Both the position numbers and the translations under genes were made by a program. From Calditrichia bacterium (GTDB taxonomy: Bacteria > Calditrichota > Calditrichia > JAJRVZ01): a DNA stretch of 64,000 bases. Location: the NCBI GenBank assembly GCA_963777955.1, contig CAVZSQ010000019.1, forward strand, positions 352,001 to 416,000, read 5' to 3'. The notes beneath the pieces were generated by a model. It made no database searches. It worked only from the letters and a program-made list of their open reading frames with translations, and had not been told where the DNA came from. Of the stretch, positions 56,148 through 64,000 are shown one piece after another (the stretch's first letter is position 1; each line of letters begins with the position of its first letter).

Positions 56148-56906
56148 ATGAGAGTGCAAAAGTTTTCTACCCTGATTATGGCAGCTGGAAAAGGCACGCG
56201 GATGAAATCGGATTTAGCCAAGGTATTACACCAGATCAATGACCGGCCCATGGTTCATTATGTAATCGATCAGGCCCGCGAGGTCGGATCGGAAAAAGTG
56301 ATATTGATCATCGGGCATCAAAAAGAAGATGTTCAGAAAGCCTGCCGGATTATGAACGTGGAGTTCGTAATCCAGGAACCACAACTGGGCACAGGGCATG
56401 CCGTGATGATGGCCGAAAGTTTCCTCAGATCATACGATGGCGACGTCCTGGTACTCTCCGGAGATGTTCCCTTACTATCGACCGGAACGATCCGTGAGCT
56501 GGTCTGCGCACATCAACAGGCCCGGGCAATCACTACTCTGCTTACCTCGGAACTGGATGATCCCAGCGGTTATGGCCGGGTTATCCGTGATTCCACCGGC
56601 CGCGTGGTAAAAATCGTTGAACAAAAAGATGCCAGCGCGGAAGAATTGAAGGTAAAAGAAATAAATGTCGGTATATATATGTTCAGACCGAAAGAACTGG
56701 TCGACGCGTTGAAACAGATCAATAATAAAAATGCCCAGGGCGAGTATTATCTGCCGGATGTGGTTAAACTTTATGTACAGCAGGGAGAAAAAGTAGTAGC
56801 GCAACTGGCTGCAAATTTTGACGAAACCCGCGGTATTAATACGATACAACAGTTAAAAGAGGCGGAAACTATTCTAAAGCAGCGCAGTATAATAAAAAAG
56901 AGTTGA
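56148..56906 (+). CDS. GlmU N-terminal-type sugar-phosphate nucleotidyltransferase (no acetyltransferase domain)
   Basis: MAAGKGTRMKS, QLGTGHAV, SGDVPL, GYGRV, IVEQKDA, NAQGEYYL; ends at 252 aa. Confidence 0.88.
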   Translation: MRVQKFSTLIMAAGKGTRMKSDLAKVLHQINDRPMVHYVIDQAREVGSEKVILIIGHQKEDVQKACRIMNVEFVIQEPQLGTGHAVMMAESFLRSYDGDVLVLSGDVPLLSTGTIRELVCAHQQARAITTLLTSELDDPSGYGRVIRDSTGRVVKIVEQKDASAEELKVKEINVGIYMFRPKELVDALKQINNKNAQGEYYLPDVVKLYVQQGEKVVAQLAANFDETRGINTIQQLKEAETILKQRSIIKKS

Positions 56907-56960
56907 CATTAAGAAGTTAAGTTTATATTTTTTTGGTAATTAATAGTATTGAGAGGACCT

Positions 56961-57464
56961 ATGAAGCAATTAAGATTATTGGTTATGCTATTTATCATTC
57001 TGCCCATAGCCGTATTGGGACAACTTAAAAAGGACGTCAGCAAACCCAATATCTCCAACACTTTGAATGCGGCTGCTTATGCCAATGGTCTGCTGGGATT
57101 CCTGGATCCCTCCCGTTTTACCATACAGCACAGTTTTTCGATGTCCTATATGGCCTTGGGCGGCGGGGGGATGATGGTCAATACCTACATGAATACGTTG
57201 AATTACCGCTTCAGCGATAAATTATTCCTGACCACCAATCTGGGGATTATGAATTCACCTTACAATTCTTTTGCTGCAAAAAATTCTCTGAATCAAACCC
57301 AGTTATTCGGTGGTGCTGAATTAAGATATGAACCGACAAAAAATACCGTTTTCTCGATACGTTTTGATTCTTCTCCCTTCATGTATCAACCGTATGCGCG
57401 TTCGCCGTTTTATGATATGAGTAATTTCACCTCCGCACCTGTTGCACCTGCTGTTAGGCAGTGA
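56961..57464 (+). CDS. Exported hypothetical protein
   Basis: GAGG RBS, signal peptide MKQLRLLVMLFIILPIAVLG, beta-rich mature part. Confidence 0.65.
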   Translation: MKQLRLLVMLFIILPIAVLGQLKKDVSKPNISNTLNAAAYANGLLGFLDPSRFTIQHSFSMSYMALGGGGMMVNTYMNTLNYRFSDKLFLTTNLGIMNSPYNSFAAKNSLNQTQLFGGAELRYEPTKNTVFSIRFDSSPFMYQPYARSPFYDMSNFTSAPVAPAVRQ

Positions 57465-57540
57465 CAGGCAATCAGGTCTAATTTTAATAAAGTAAAACCA
57501 ATCTCATATTGAATAATTAATCAGGTGAAATAAAATCGAG

Positions 57541-58158
57541 TTGCGCAGAAGAAGAAGACATTCCACTCAATTTTTCAGGTCAGACACCAATTCCTCAAAG
57601 TATCCCCAGGCAGTCAGGTCCAAGAAGAAAAGTCTGCTGCGCTATCTTATATATTTTTTACTGCTAGGCGTTGTCGGCCTGCTAGCATACTATGCCTATC
57701 AAAACTTTTATTACCCCCAGGCGGCGCAGGTAAATAAGGAAGAAAGCGTAAATAAAACATCCGATTTACCGGATGCTGCTGCCCTTACCTCGAAGCGGGC
57801 AGAGGAAACTCCGGAACCGCCCGTGCAGGAAAAGATACAGGTCGAAATATTGAATGGCTGCGGAAAAGAGGGGGTAGCCAAAATTTTTCAGACGTATTTA
57901 CAGCAACAAGGCTTCGATGTTATCAATGCAGAAAATTATATCGAAAACGGCAATCGACGCTGGGATGTTCCTGCCTCAAAGGTAATCGTCCGGACCGGAG
58001 ATATTGAATCGGCTCAGGCTGTGGCCAAATCACTGGGCATCTCTATTCAGAAAGTAGAATCAAAACCCGATCCTAATGCGCTGTATGATATAAGTGTCGT
58101 GCTGGGTCGTGATTACATGCTGCTTAAAGCCCTGACGGCGGCTAATAATAACAGATAG
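57541..58158 (+). CDS. Membrane-anchored LytR C-terminal domain protein
   Basis: TM segment, then IQVEILNGCGKEGVA...DISVVLGRDY; directly upstream of rsfS. Confidence 0.85.
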   Translation: MRRRRRHSTQFFRSDTNSSKYPQAVRSKKKSLLRYLIYFLLLGVVGLLAYYAYQNFYYPQAAQVNKEESVNKTSDLPDAAALTSKRAEETPEPPVQEKIQVEILNGCGKEGVAKIFQTYLQQQGFDVINAENYIENGNRRWDVPASKVIVRTGDIESAQAVAKSLGISIQKVESKPDPNALYDISVVLGRDYMLLKALTAANNNR

Positions 58159-58166
58159 GAAAGGAT

Positions 58167-58544
58167 TTGAACCCCAAAGAATTTGCTTATAAAATTGCCA
58201 GACTGGGTCTGGAGAAAAAAGGCCGGCAGATTGTAGTGATCGATTTAAGGAAAGTATCCAATATCGCCGACTTTTTTGTAATCATGAGCGGTAGTTCGGA
58301 TACGCAGATCAAGGCTCTGGCCGACCATATCACCAAGAAACTTAAAGATGAAAAAATAAAAATTTACCATAAAGAGGGCTTTCAATCGCTGCGCTGGGTG
58401 CTGCTGGATTATGTGGAAGTAATCGTGCATATTTTCCAGAGCGAGACCCGGGAATTTTACGGTTTGGAGCGTTTGTGGGGTGATGCGAAACTTGAATTTG
58501 TAATGGATGACGAAAATGAACGCCGAACAGTACATTCTAAGTGA
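58167..58544 (+). CDS. rsfS: Ribosome silencing factor
   Basis: EKKGRQIVVIDL, ADFFVIMSG, WVLLDY, REFYGLERLWGDA. Confidence 0.96.
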   Translation: MNPKEFAYKIARLGLEKKGRQIVVIDLRKVSNIADFFVIMSGSSDTQIKALADHITKKLKDEKIKIYHKEGFQSLRWVLLDYVEVIVHIFQSETREFYGLERLWGDAKLEFVMDDENERRTVHSK

Positions 58545-60150
58545 ACTAGCCCGGTATTTACAGCTACATAACTTCACTTCCTGCACACCTCAATTAGAAA
58601 AACCCAAGCAAAAAGCATTCGGCGATTTTACCACCAATTTAGCCTTGCAATTGGCGGCCCGGTTGCAAAAAAAACCCATCGATATCGCCCGGGAAATCGT
58701 GCAGTTTATCGATAAACCGGCTCAGTTCCTGAAAAAAGTGGAAATCGCCGGTCCGGGTTTTGTTAATTTTTTTATTTCCGATACTTCTATTTATCAGCAA
58801 CTGCTCGAAATTTTAAATCTGCAGCAGGAGTATGGCCAGGCAAATATCGGGCAGGGGAAAAAAACCCAGGTTGAATTCATCAGTGCCAATCCTACCGGTC
58901 CCCTGACCATCGGTCACGGCCGGCAGGCTGTACTGGGTGACACAATTGCGCGGCTGCTGGAAGCGACCGGACACCAGATCACCCGGGAATACTATTATAA
59001 TAACGCCGGCCGGCAGATGCGCATACTGGGCGATTCGGTACGCCGGCGATACCTGCAGTTGCTGGGTGATACGGCAGAGTTCCCGGAAGATTATTACCAG
59101 GGTGATTATATCATCGATATCGCCCGGCAGATTGTTTCTGAAAAAGGCGATGCACTGCGTGAAGAAAGCGATCTCTCCTTCTTCAAGGCCAGGGCAGAAA
59201 ACGCTGTATTTACAGACATTAAAAAAACCATCGGCCGCCTGGGCATCAGCATGGATGTTTTTTATAATGAAAACTCGCTCTACGAACAGGGCAAAATAGA
59301 GGAAGTAATTTCCATACTTCGCGAAAAGGGGCTGGCGGCGGATCGTGATGGTGCGGTCTGGTTCCTGACCACCAAACTGGGTATGGATCAGGACCGGGTT
59401 ATCGTCAAGAGCAGCGGTGAACCTACTTATCGTCTGCCGGACATCGCCTATCACCGTGAAAAATTCAGACGCGGTTTTGAATTGATCGTTGATATTTTCG
59501 GTGCCGACCATATTGCCACCTACCCTGATGTATTACTGGGCCTTGAAGCGCTGGGTTATGATAAAAGTAAAGTCCAGGTGCTGATCCATCAATTTGTAAC
59601 CCTGATGGAAGGCAGTTCTAAAATCAAGATGTCCACCCGTAAAGCCAATTTTGTCACCCTGGATGAATTGATGGATGAAGTCGGTGAAGATGTTACCCGC
59701 TTTTTTTTCCTGATGCGGCATATGAACAGTCATTTGAATTTTGATCTGACCTTGGCTAAAAATCAATCAGACGAAAATCCGGTTTACTATGTGCAATACG
59801 CGCACGCCCGGATCTGCAGTATTATCCGTTTTGGCCAGGAGCAGGGTATTACTTTTCTGGAAAATGCTGAACTCGCTCTATTGCAAAAACAGGAAGAAAT
59901 CGAACTGATCAAACACCTGGCAGTCTTTCCGGAGGTGCTGGCCGACAGCGCTTCGACTTTTGAGCCGCACCGCCTGGTAACCTATCTGATCGAAACCGCT
60001 ACCCTGTTTCATAAGTTCTATACCGAGCAGCGGGTCATCACCGAAGAAAAATCAATTACCCAGGCCCGGCTGGCGCTCTGTGCCGCCACGCAAACCGTAC
60101 TGGCTAATGGTTGTAAGTTACTCGGCATTAAGGCCCCGACCCGAATGTAA
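58516..60150 (+). CDS. argS: Arginine--tRNA ligase
   Basis: GDFTTNLA, AGPGFVN, EFISANPTGPLTIGHGR, GADH, KMSTRKA, YYVQYAHARI. Confidence 0.98.
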   Translation: MNAEQYILSELARYLQLHNFTSCTPQLEKPKQKAFGDFTTNLALQLAARLQKKPIDIAREIVQFIDKPAQFLKKVEIAGPGFVNFFISDTSIYQQLLEILNLQQEYGQANIGQGKKTQVEFISANPTGPLTIGHGRQAVLGDTIARLLEATGHQITREYYYNNAGRQMRILGDSVRRRYLQLLGDTAEFPEDYYQGDYIIDIARQIVSEKGDALREESDLSFFKARAENAVFTDIKKTIGRLGISMDVFYNENSLYEQGKIEEVISILREKGLAADRDGAVWFLTTKLGMDQDRVIVKSSGEPTYRLPDIAYHREKFRRGFELIVDIFGADHIATYPDVLLGLEALGYDKSKVQVLIHQFVTLMEGSSKIKMSTRKANFVTLDELMDEVGEDVTRFFFLMRHMNSHLNFDLTLAKNQSDENPVYYVQYAHARICSIIRFGQEQGITFLENAELALLQKQEEIELIKHLAVFPEVLADSASTFEPHRLVTYLIETATLFHKFYTEQRVITEEKSITQARLALCAATQTVLANGCKLLGIKAPTRM

Positions 60151-60160
60151 GGAGAGGCGG

Positions 60161-61061
60161 ATGGAAATCCTGGTAGTGGGTTCAGTCAGCTCTGGATAGC
60201 GTGGAAACACCCCATGGTGTTGTCCAGGATGTCAGCGGCGGTTCAGCACTATACTTCAGCATTGCGGCCAGCCTGTTTGCACCGGTGAATGTGGTGGCCG
60301 TAGTAGGACAGGATTTCGACTTTGCCCGGATCAATTTTGTCAATCAAAGAAAAATAAATATTGACGGCATCCAGGTTGTTGCTGGAAAAACTTTTCGCTG
60401 GGGCGGCCGCTATTATCAGAATTACAGCAAACGTGACACCTTATATACTCGACTCAATGTCTTCGAAAATTTTAAACCGGTGATACCCGACCGCTACCGT
60501 CAAAGTGAATATATCTTTCTGGCCAATATCGATCCACAATTACAATTAGAAGTCCTGCGGCAGGTTAAAAAGCCCCGCCTGGTCGTATTGGATACAATGA
60601 ACTTCTGGATCAGCGGAAAACCCGAACTCCTGCGGCAGGTTATTAAAAAGACAGATATCTTGATTCTCAACGATGAAGAAGCACAACAATTGACCCTGCA
60701 GAATAACCTGTTAACTGCCGGCAGGCAAATCCTGAAAATGGGTCCGCGATATCTGATCATAAAAAAAGGAGAACATGGCGCCGTCCTGTTCGGTCCTGAT
60801 CTGTATTTTTCAGCTCCCGCCTTTCCGGTAGACAAACTGATCGATCCCACCGGTGCGGGAGATTCGTTTGCCGGCGGATTCTTAGGTTATCTGGCCAAAA
60901 CGGGAAAGTCCGATGAAAATACCCTGCGCAAGGCGGTTATTTTCGGCAGTGCGGTCACTTCTTTTAACGTGGAAGATTTTTCCTTCAGCAGGCTTCAACA
61001 TCTGACCCGCAGCGAATTGCAGGAACGGATCAAAAAATTCAAGGAATTGACCAGATATTAA
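60161..61061 (+). CDS. PfkB family carbohydrate/nucleoside kinase; frameshift near 60188
   Basis: GGAG RBS and MEILVVGSV, then (shifted) LDSVETP; DTMNFWI, KKGEHG, DPTGAGDSFAGG. Confidence 0.92.
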
Positions 61062-61088
61062 TTTAGTAGCAGCGGAGCCGCAGGGATT

Positions 61089-62255
61089 TTAATTGCCGCT
61101 TACGTCGGTAAGTTTCAGGTAAGGTATCACTGCTGTAAAAGTACTGCCCTTCCCTACTTCACTCTCCAATAAGAGAGTACCCTGATGGGACTCAAAAACA
61201 TCTTTAGCCAGGGTTAATCCCAGTCCGATGCCACCACCCAGAAATTCAGTTTTAGAAGTCATATGATTCATCGGATCCTGAATTTCATAGAATGGTTCAA
61301 ACACCAGACTTTGCTTATCCGGCGGGATACCGATACCGGTATCACTAACTTTAATCGAGGTTTTTTTATTTTTTTCATTCACCGAATATTGCAGGGTAAC
61401 CTTGCCGCCCTTGGGTGTGAATTTCAGTGCATTCTGCAGCAGTTCACGAATACTGCGTTTAATCCGGTCATAATCACCCTGCACGATCACATCCGGGTCA
61501 TCCAGACGGATGTCCAGATCGATGTTGCGGTTTTCAAACAGGACTTTCATTTCTTTATATATAATCAGCAGCAACTGTTTAATGTCCAGTTCGGTTATAT
61601 TCAACTTCTTCTTACCGTGATTAAAATTGGAAACATCATGCATATCTTCAATAATACAGACCAATTCTTTCATGGTTTCAGCGACCACCGAAAAAGCGTC
61701 ATTCAGATCGGCATTCTTTGAATCCTGCAGGTAATAATCGATTAATTCCAGGTATCCTTTCAGGACTGTCAGCGGGGTACGGAGTTCATGGTTGGTGATC
61801 GTAATAAACTTGTCCTTCATTTCGTTTAATTCTTTGAGCCGTTCATTAAGAGATTTCAACTCTTCATTTTCGCGTTTAGCCCGTTGTTGCTGGACGCATT
61901 TGGACAGTACGATGCGCACATGTTCGACATCCACCGGTTTGGTAAAATAATCATACGCGCCTACCTTCATCGCCTGGATGGCATTATCCAGTGTGGCAAA
62001 ACCGGTAATGACGATTACTTCCGTGTAGGGTTTGCTTTTTTTAATATAATTCAATACTTCCAGGCCATTCATTTCGGGCATGTACAAATCGGTAACCACG
62101 ATATCGAAATCCTGTTTAACTATTTTGGAAAGCCCTTCGCGGCCATTGGGCGCTGCTTCTACTTCATAGCCAAAATACTTAAACATGTCGATGTAAGATT
62201 CGCGGACCTGATCTTCATCCTCAATAACGAGTATTTTTGCTGCATTGCCAGTCAT
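61089..62255 (-). CDS. Hybrid receiver-histidine kinase (REC-HisKA-HATPase)
   Basis: ILVIEDE, VVTDLYMP, HELRTPL, LLQNALKFT, DTGIGI, GIGLGL; start ATG 62255. Confidence 0.93.
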   Translation of the reverse strand: MTGNAAKILVIEDEDQVRESYIDMFKYFGYEVEAAPNGREGLSKIVKQDFDIVVTDLYMPEMNGLEVLNYIKKSKPYTEVIVITGFATLDNAIQAMKVGAYDYFTKPVDVEHVRIVLSKCVQQQRAKRENEELKSLNERLKELNEMKDKFITITNHELRTPLTVLKGYLELIDYYLQDSKNADLNDAFSVVAETMKELVCIIEDMHDVSNFNHGKKKLNITELDIKQLLLIIYKEMKVLFENRNIDLDIRLDDPDVIVQGDYDRIKRSIRELLQNALKFTPKGGKVTLQYSVNEKNKKTSIKVSDTGIGIPPDKQSLVFEPFYEIQDPMNHMTSKTEFLGGGIGLGLTLAKDVFESHQGTLLLESEVGKGSTFTAVIPYLKLTDVSGN

Positions 62256-62398
62256 GAAAAAACCTGTTGCCTGTATGCTGTAACTATTTATGACAGAAAA
62301 TAACTGTATATACCTCTTATAATTATAGACTATATTCGGCACAAATTTCCGCTTTTAAAGTGTATGGTGAATTTTTAGTCTTATTTATGAATAAATAC

Positions 62399-62647
62399 TT
62401 ACTTGGGACTTTTGGGATATTTAGAGATCAGTTGCCTGATTTTTTCCATCTCGCGATTGATATTATCCAGATAGCGTTTCATCTTGGGATCGTGATCTTT
62501 GGAAGATTCATGCAATAGAAACAAGGAAGTGCTTAATACATTGAGACGAGTACGTAGTTCTTCGATCAGAACATCGTATTCCAGCAGCAATCTATTAACC
62601 ATATTTTTCTCTACTTCCATTTCGGATTTATTCAAACTGACTGCCAC
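62399..62647 (-). CDS. Small stand-alone HisKA/DHp-like protein lacking the phospho-His
   Basis: LIEELRTRLNVLSTSLFLL...KMKRYLDNINREMEKIRQLI; AAGGTG RBS before GTG. Confidence 0.6.
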   Translation of the reverse strand: MAVSLNKSEMEVEKNMVNRLLLEYDVLIEELRTRLNVLSTSLFLLHESSKDHDPKMKRYLDNINREMEKIRQLISKYPKSPK

Positions 62648-62777
62648 AAAACACCTTTCAAAATTTTTGACCGACTAAGTCTGAACTTCCTCTTCAATTC
62701 AAAGATCATATGTATAATCGGTTCTTTTGCAAAGCACTTAAGGATAGGATGAAATTAGTTTGATAATTAACCAGCGG

Positions 62778-62893
62778 GTAGCCGCACCGTCAAGTCGCAG
62801 CCTTAAGGCTGCGCGTACCTGTCCCATTGCCCATTAAGCACTTCCGATCAGAAATCATGGAAGTCATATCGCAGGACGAAGTCCTGCGCCTAC
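62778..62893. repeat. REP hairpins left of RAYT
   Basis: GTAGCCGCACC; CGCAGCCTTAAGGCTGCG-CGTAC; CGCAGGACGAAGTCCTGCG-CCTAC. Confidence 0.8.
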
Positions 62894-62978
62894 CACAATA
62901 AAATAATAAAATCATGTATATCTATATGAGGATCAGCTACAGTATTTGCTTCTTGATGTTTGTTCAGGAATACTGATA

Positions 62979-63443
62979 ATGAAAAAAATAATTGAAAAGA
63001 AACACAGATTACCAGTTCATTTTTATACAGGCAATGTCATTGTCGCATTTACTCTTTGTCTGAAAGGCAAAATTAAAGATTCTGTTAATAAATTCATTTA
63101 TGATAGTTTCAAAGATTTATTATTTACTGAAGCAAAATCACACAATTGTATGGTTTTAATATATTTATTTATGCCGGATCATTGTCATATACTGCTTAAA
63201 GGGGACAGCAAAGATTGCAATCTATTGTATATAATGAATCGATTTAAACAAAAATCAGGGTACTGGTTGTCGAAAAATTTCCCTGATATCAGATGGCATA
63301 AAAACTACTATGATCAAATTTTAAGAGATAAACGCGAGTTGATTAGACAGATGAATTATATTTTAAATAATCCTGTTAGAAAAAAATTGGTCAGTAACTG
63401 GAGAGAATATCCATACAAAGATTCAACCTTATATAAGATTTGA
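62979..63443 (+). mobile_element. REP-associated tyrosine transposase (RAYT, IS200/Y1 superfamily)
   Basis: RLP..Y N-terminus, YLFMPDHCHILL (HUH), RFKQKSG, WHKNYYDQILR, YILNNPVRKKLV (catalytic Tyr); AT-rich; REPs on both sides. Confidence 0.88.
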
Positions 63444-63465
63444 TTAAAGTACAAACACCACAATC

Positions 63466-63649
63466 GTAGCCGCACCATTTATGGTGCGTATATAAGAATA
63501 TCAGATAAATCCCGTACCCGCAGGTCTTGGACCTGCGCTTAAACAGATTTTCGCTCAAGCCGGAAACCGCGGCATGGCATCATAATCTATAACGCCATTT
63601 TTGCATCATGAATTATCAAGTCTAAGCGTAACATAAATGTTGCGCGTAC
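63466..63649. repeat. REP hairpins right of RAYT
   Basis: GTAG-C-CGCACCATTTATGGTGCG; GTAC-C-CGCAGGTCTTGGACCTGCG; CGTAACATAAATGTTGCG-CGTAC. Confidence 0.8.
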
Positions 63650-63781
63650 CGGCGGCTTTTAAAAAAGATAAGAAGTAGTACTTTTTCGGCAGGAATACGT
63701 GAACAGGATTATGAGAAAAAAATGGCCTTTGTTCATCTAAATTCTCGTTTCAACTATTTGATAATCATTTATAAAATATGA

Positions 63782-63994
63782 TCATTTTTTGAATAAAGTG
63801 GAAAGTAAAAAGAATATCCCCATTATCGTATAAAGTAATCCAAAAATCTGCAAATGTGAAATTCTCTCTTCAATTGTAAATTCTCTTTTATTACCTTTAT
63901 AAGGTCCTATTAAGTTTACTATTTTTTTACAAAATACTAATGAAATTAATCCCAATAATGATGTCAGTATACTCAGAATAATATCTGTGCGCAT
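63782..63994 (-). CDS. Small hypothetical membrane protein (two TM segments)
   Basis: Two hydrophobic segments in a 70-aa AT-rich ORF at the window end. Confidence 0.45.
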   Translation of the reverse strand: MRTDIILSILTSLLGLISLVFCKKIVNLIGPYKGNKREFTIEERISHLQIFGLLYTIMGIFFLLSTLFKK

Positions 63995-64000
63995 TCAGGT

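Noticed and set aside
56148..56906. Truncated glmU pseudogene
   Set aside because: Clean stop after the uridyltransferase domain and no hexapeptide-repeat remnant downstream; single-domain forms are known

Overview
A 64-kb, gene-dense bacterial chromosomal segment. It is probably from an FCB-superphylum organism (Calditrichota/KSB1-like), inferred from a T9SS/FlgD-type C-terminal domain, a GlmU-N-only nucleotidyltransferase and the gene order. It carries housekeeping blocks (radical SAM-rng-rplU-rpmA; kdsA; rsmE-HIT; lipA; fabH; mnmA-panB-panC; rsfS-argS-pfkB), signalling genes (two hybrid kinases, RsbU/STAS/RsbW, a Ser/Thr kinase), secreted hydrolases (GH2, a modular sialate O-acetylesterase, DPP-IV, tricorn), tRNA-Leu(CAA) and a RAYT transposase with REPs. 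About 16 single-base frameshifts split otherwise intact genes and look like long-read errors. The best hidden signal is the '75-aa' ORF at 9233-9460(-). It reads through an in-frame TGA that sits at the first Cys of the DUF1573 CGCT motif and is followed by a bacterial SECIS-like hairpin, giving a 143-aa candidate seleno-lipoprotein (9029-9460) directly upstream of a RACo/ASKHA Fe-S protein. Other leads: a nuclease/Cys-receiver/metacaspase/two-protease operon; an integrase-less 4.9-kb island bounded by a duplicated tRNA-Leu 3' end; palindromic repeats with ~30-nt inserts in their loops; octamer repeats translated as a signal peptide; and a stand-alone His-less DHp protein. All calls come from reading motifs by eye; no searches were run.
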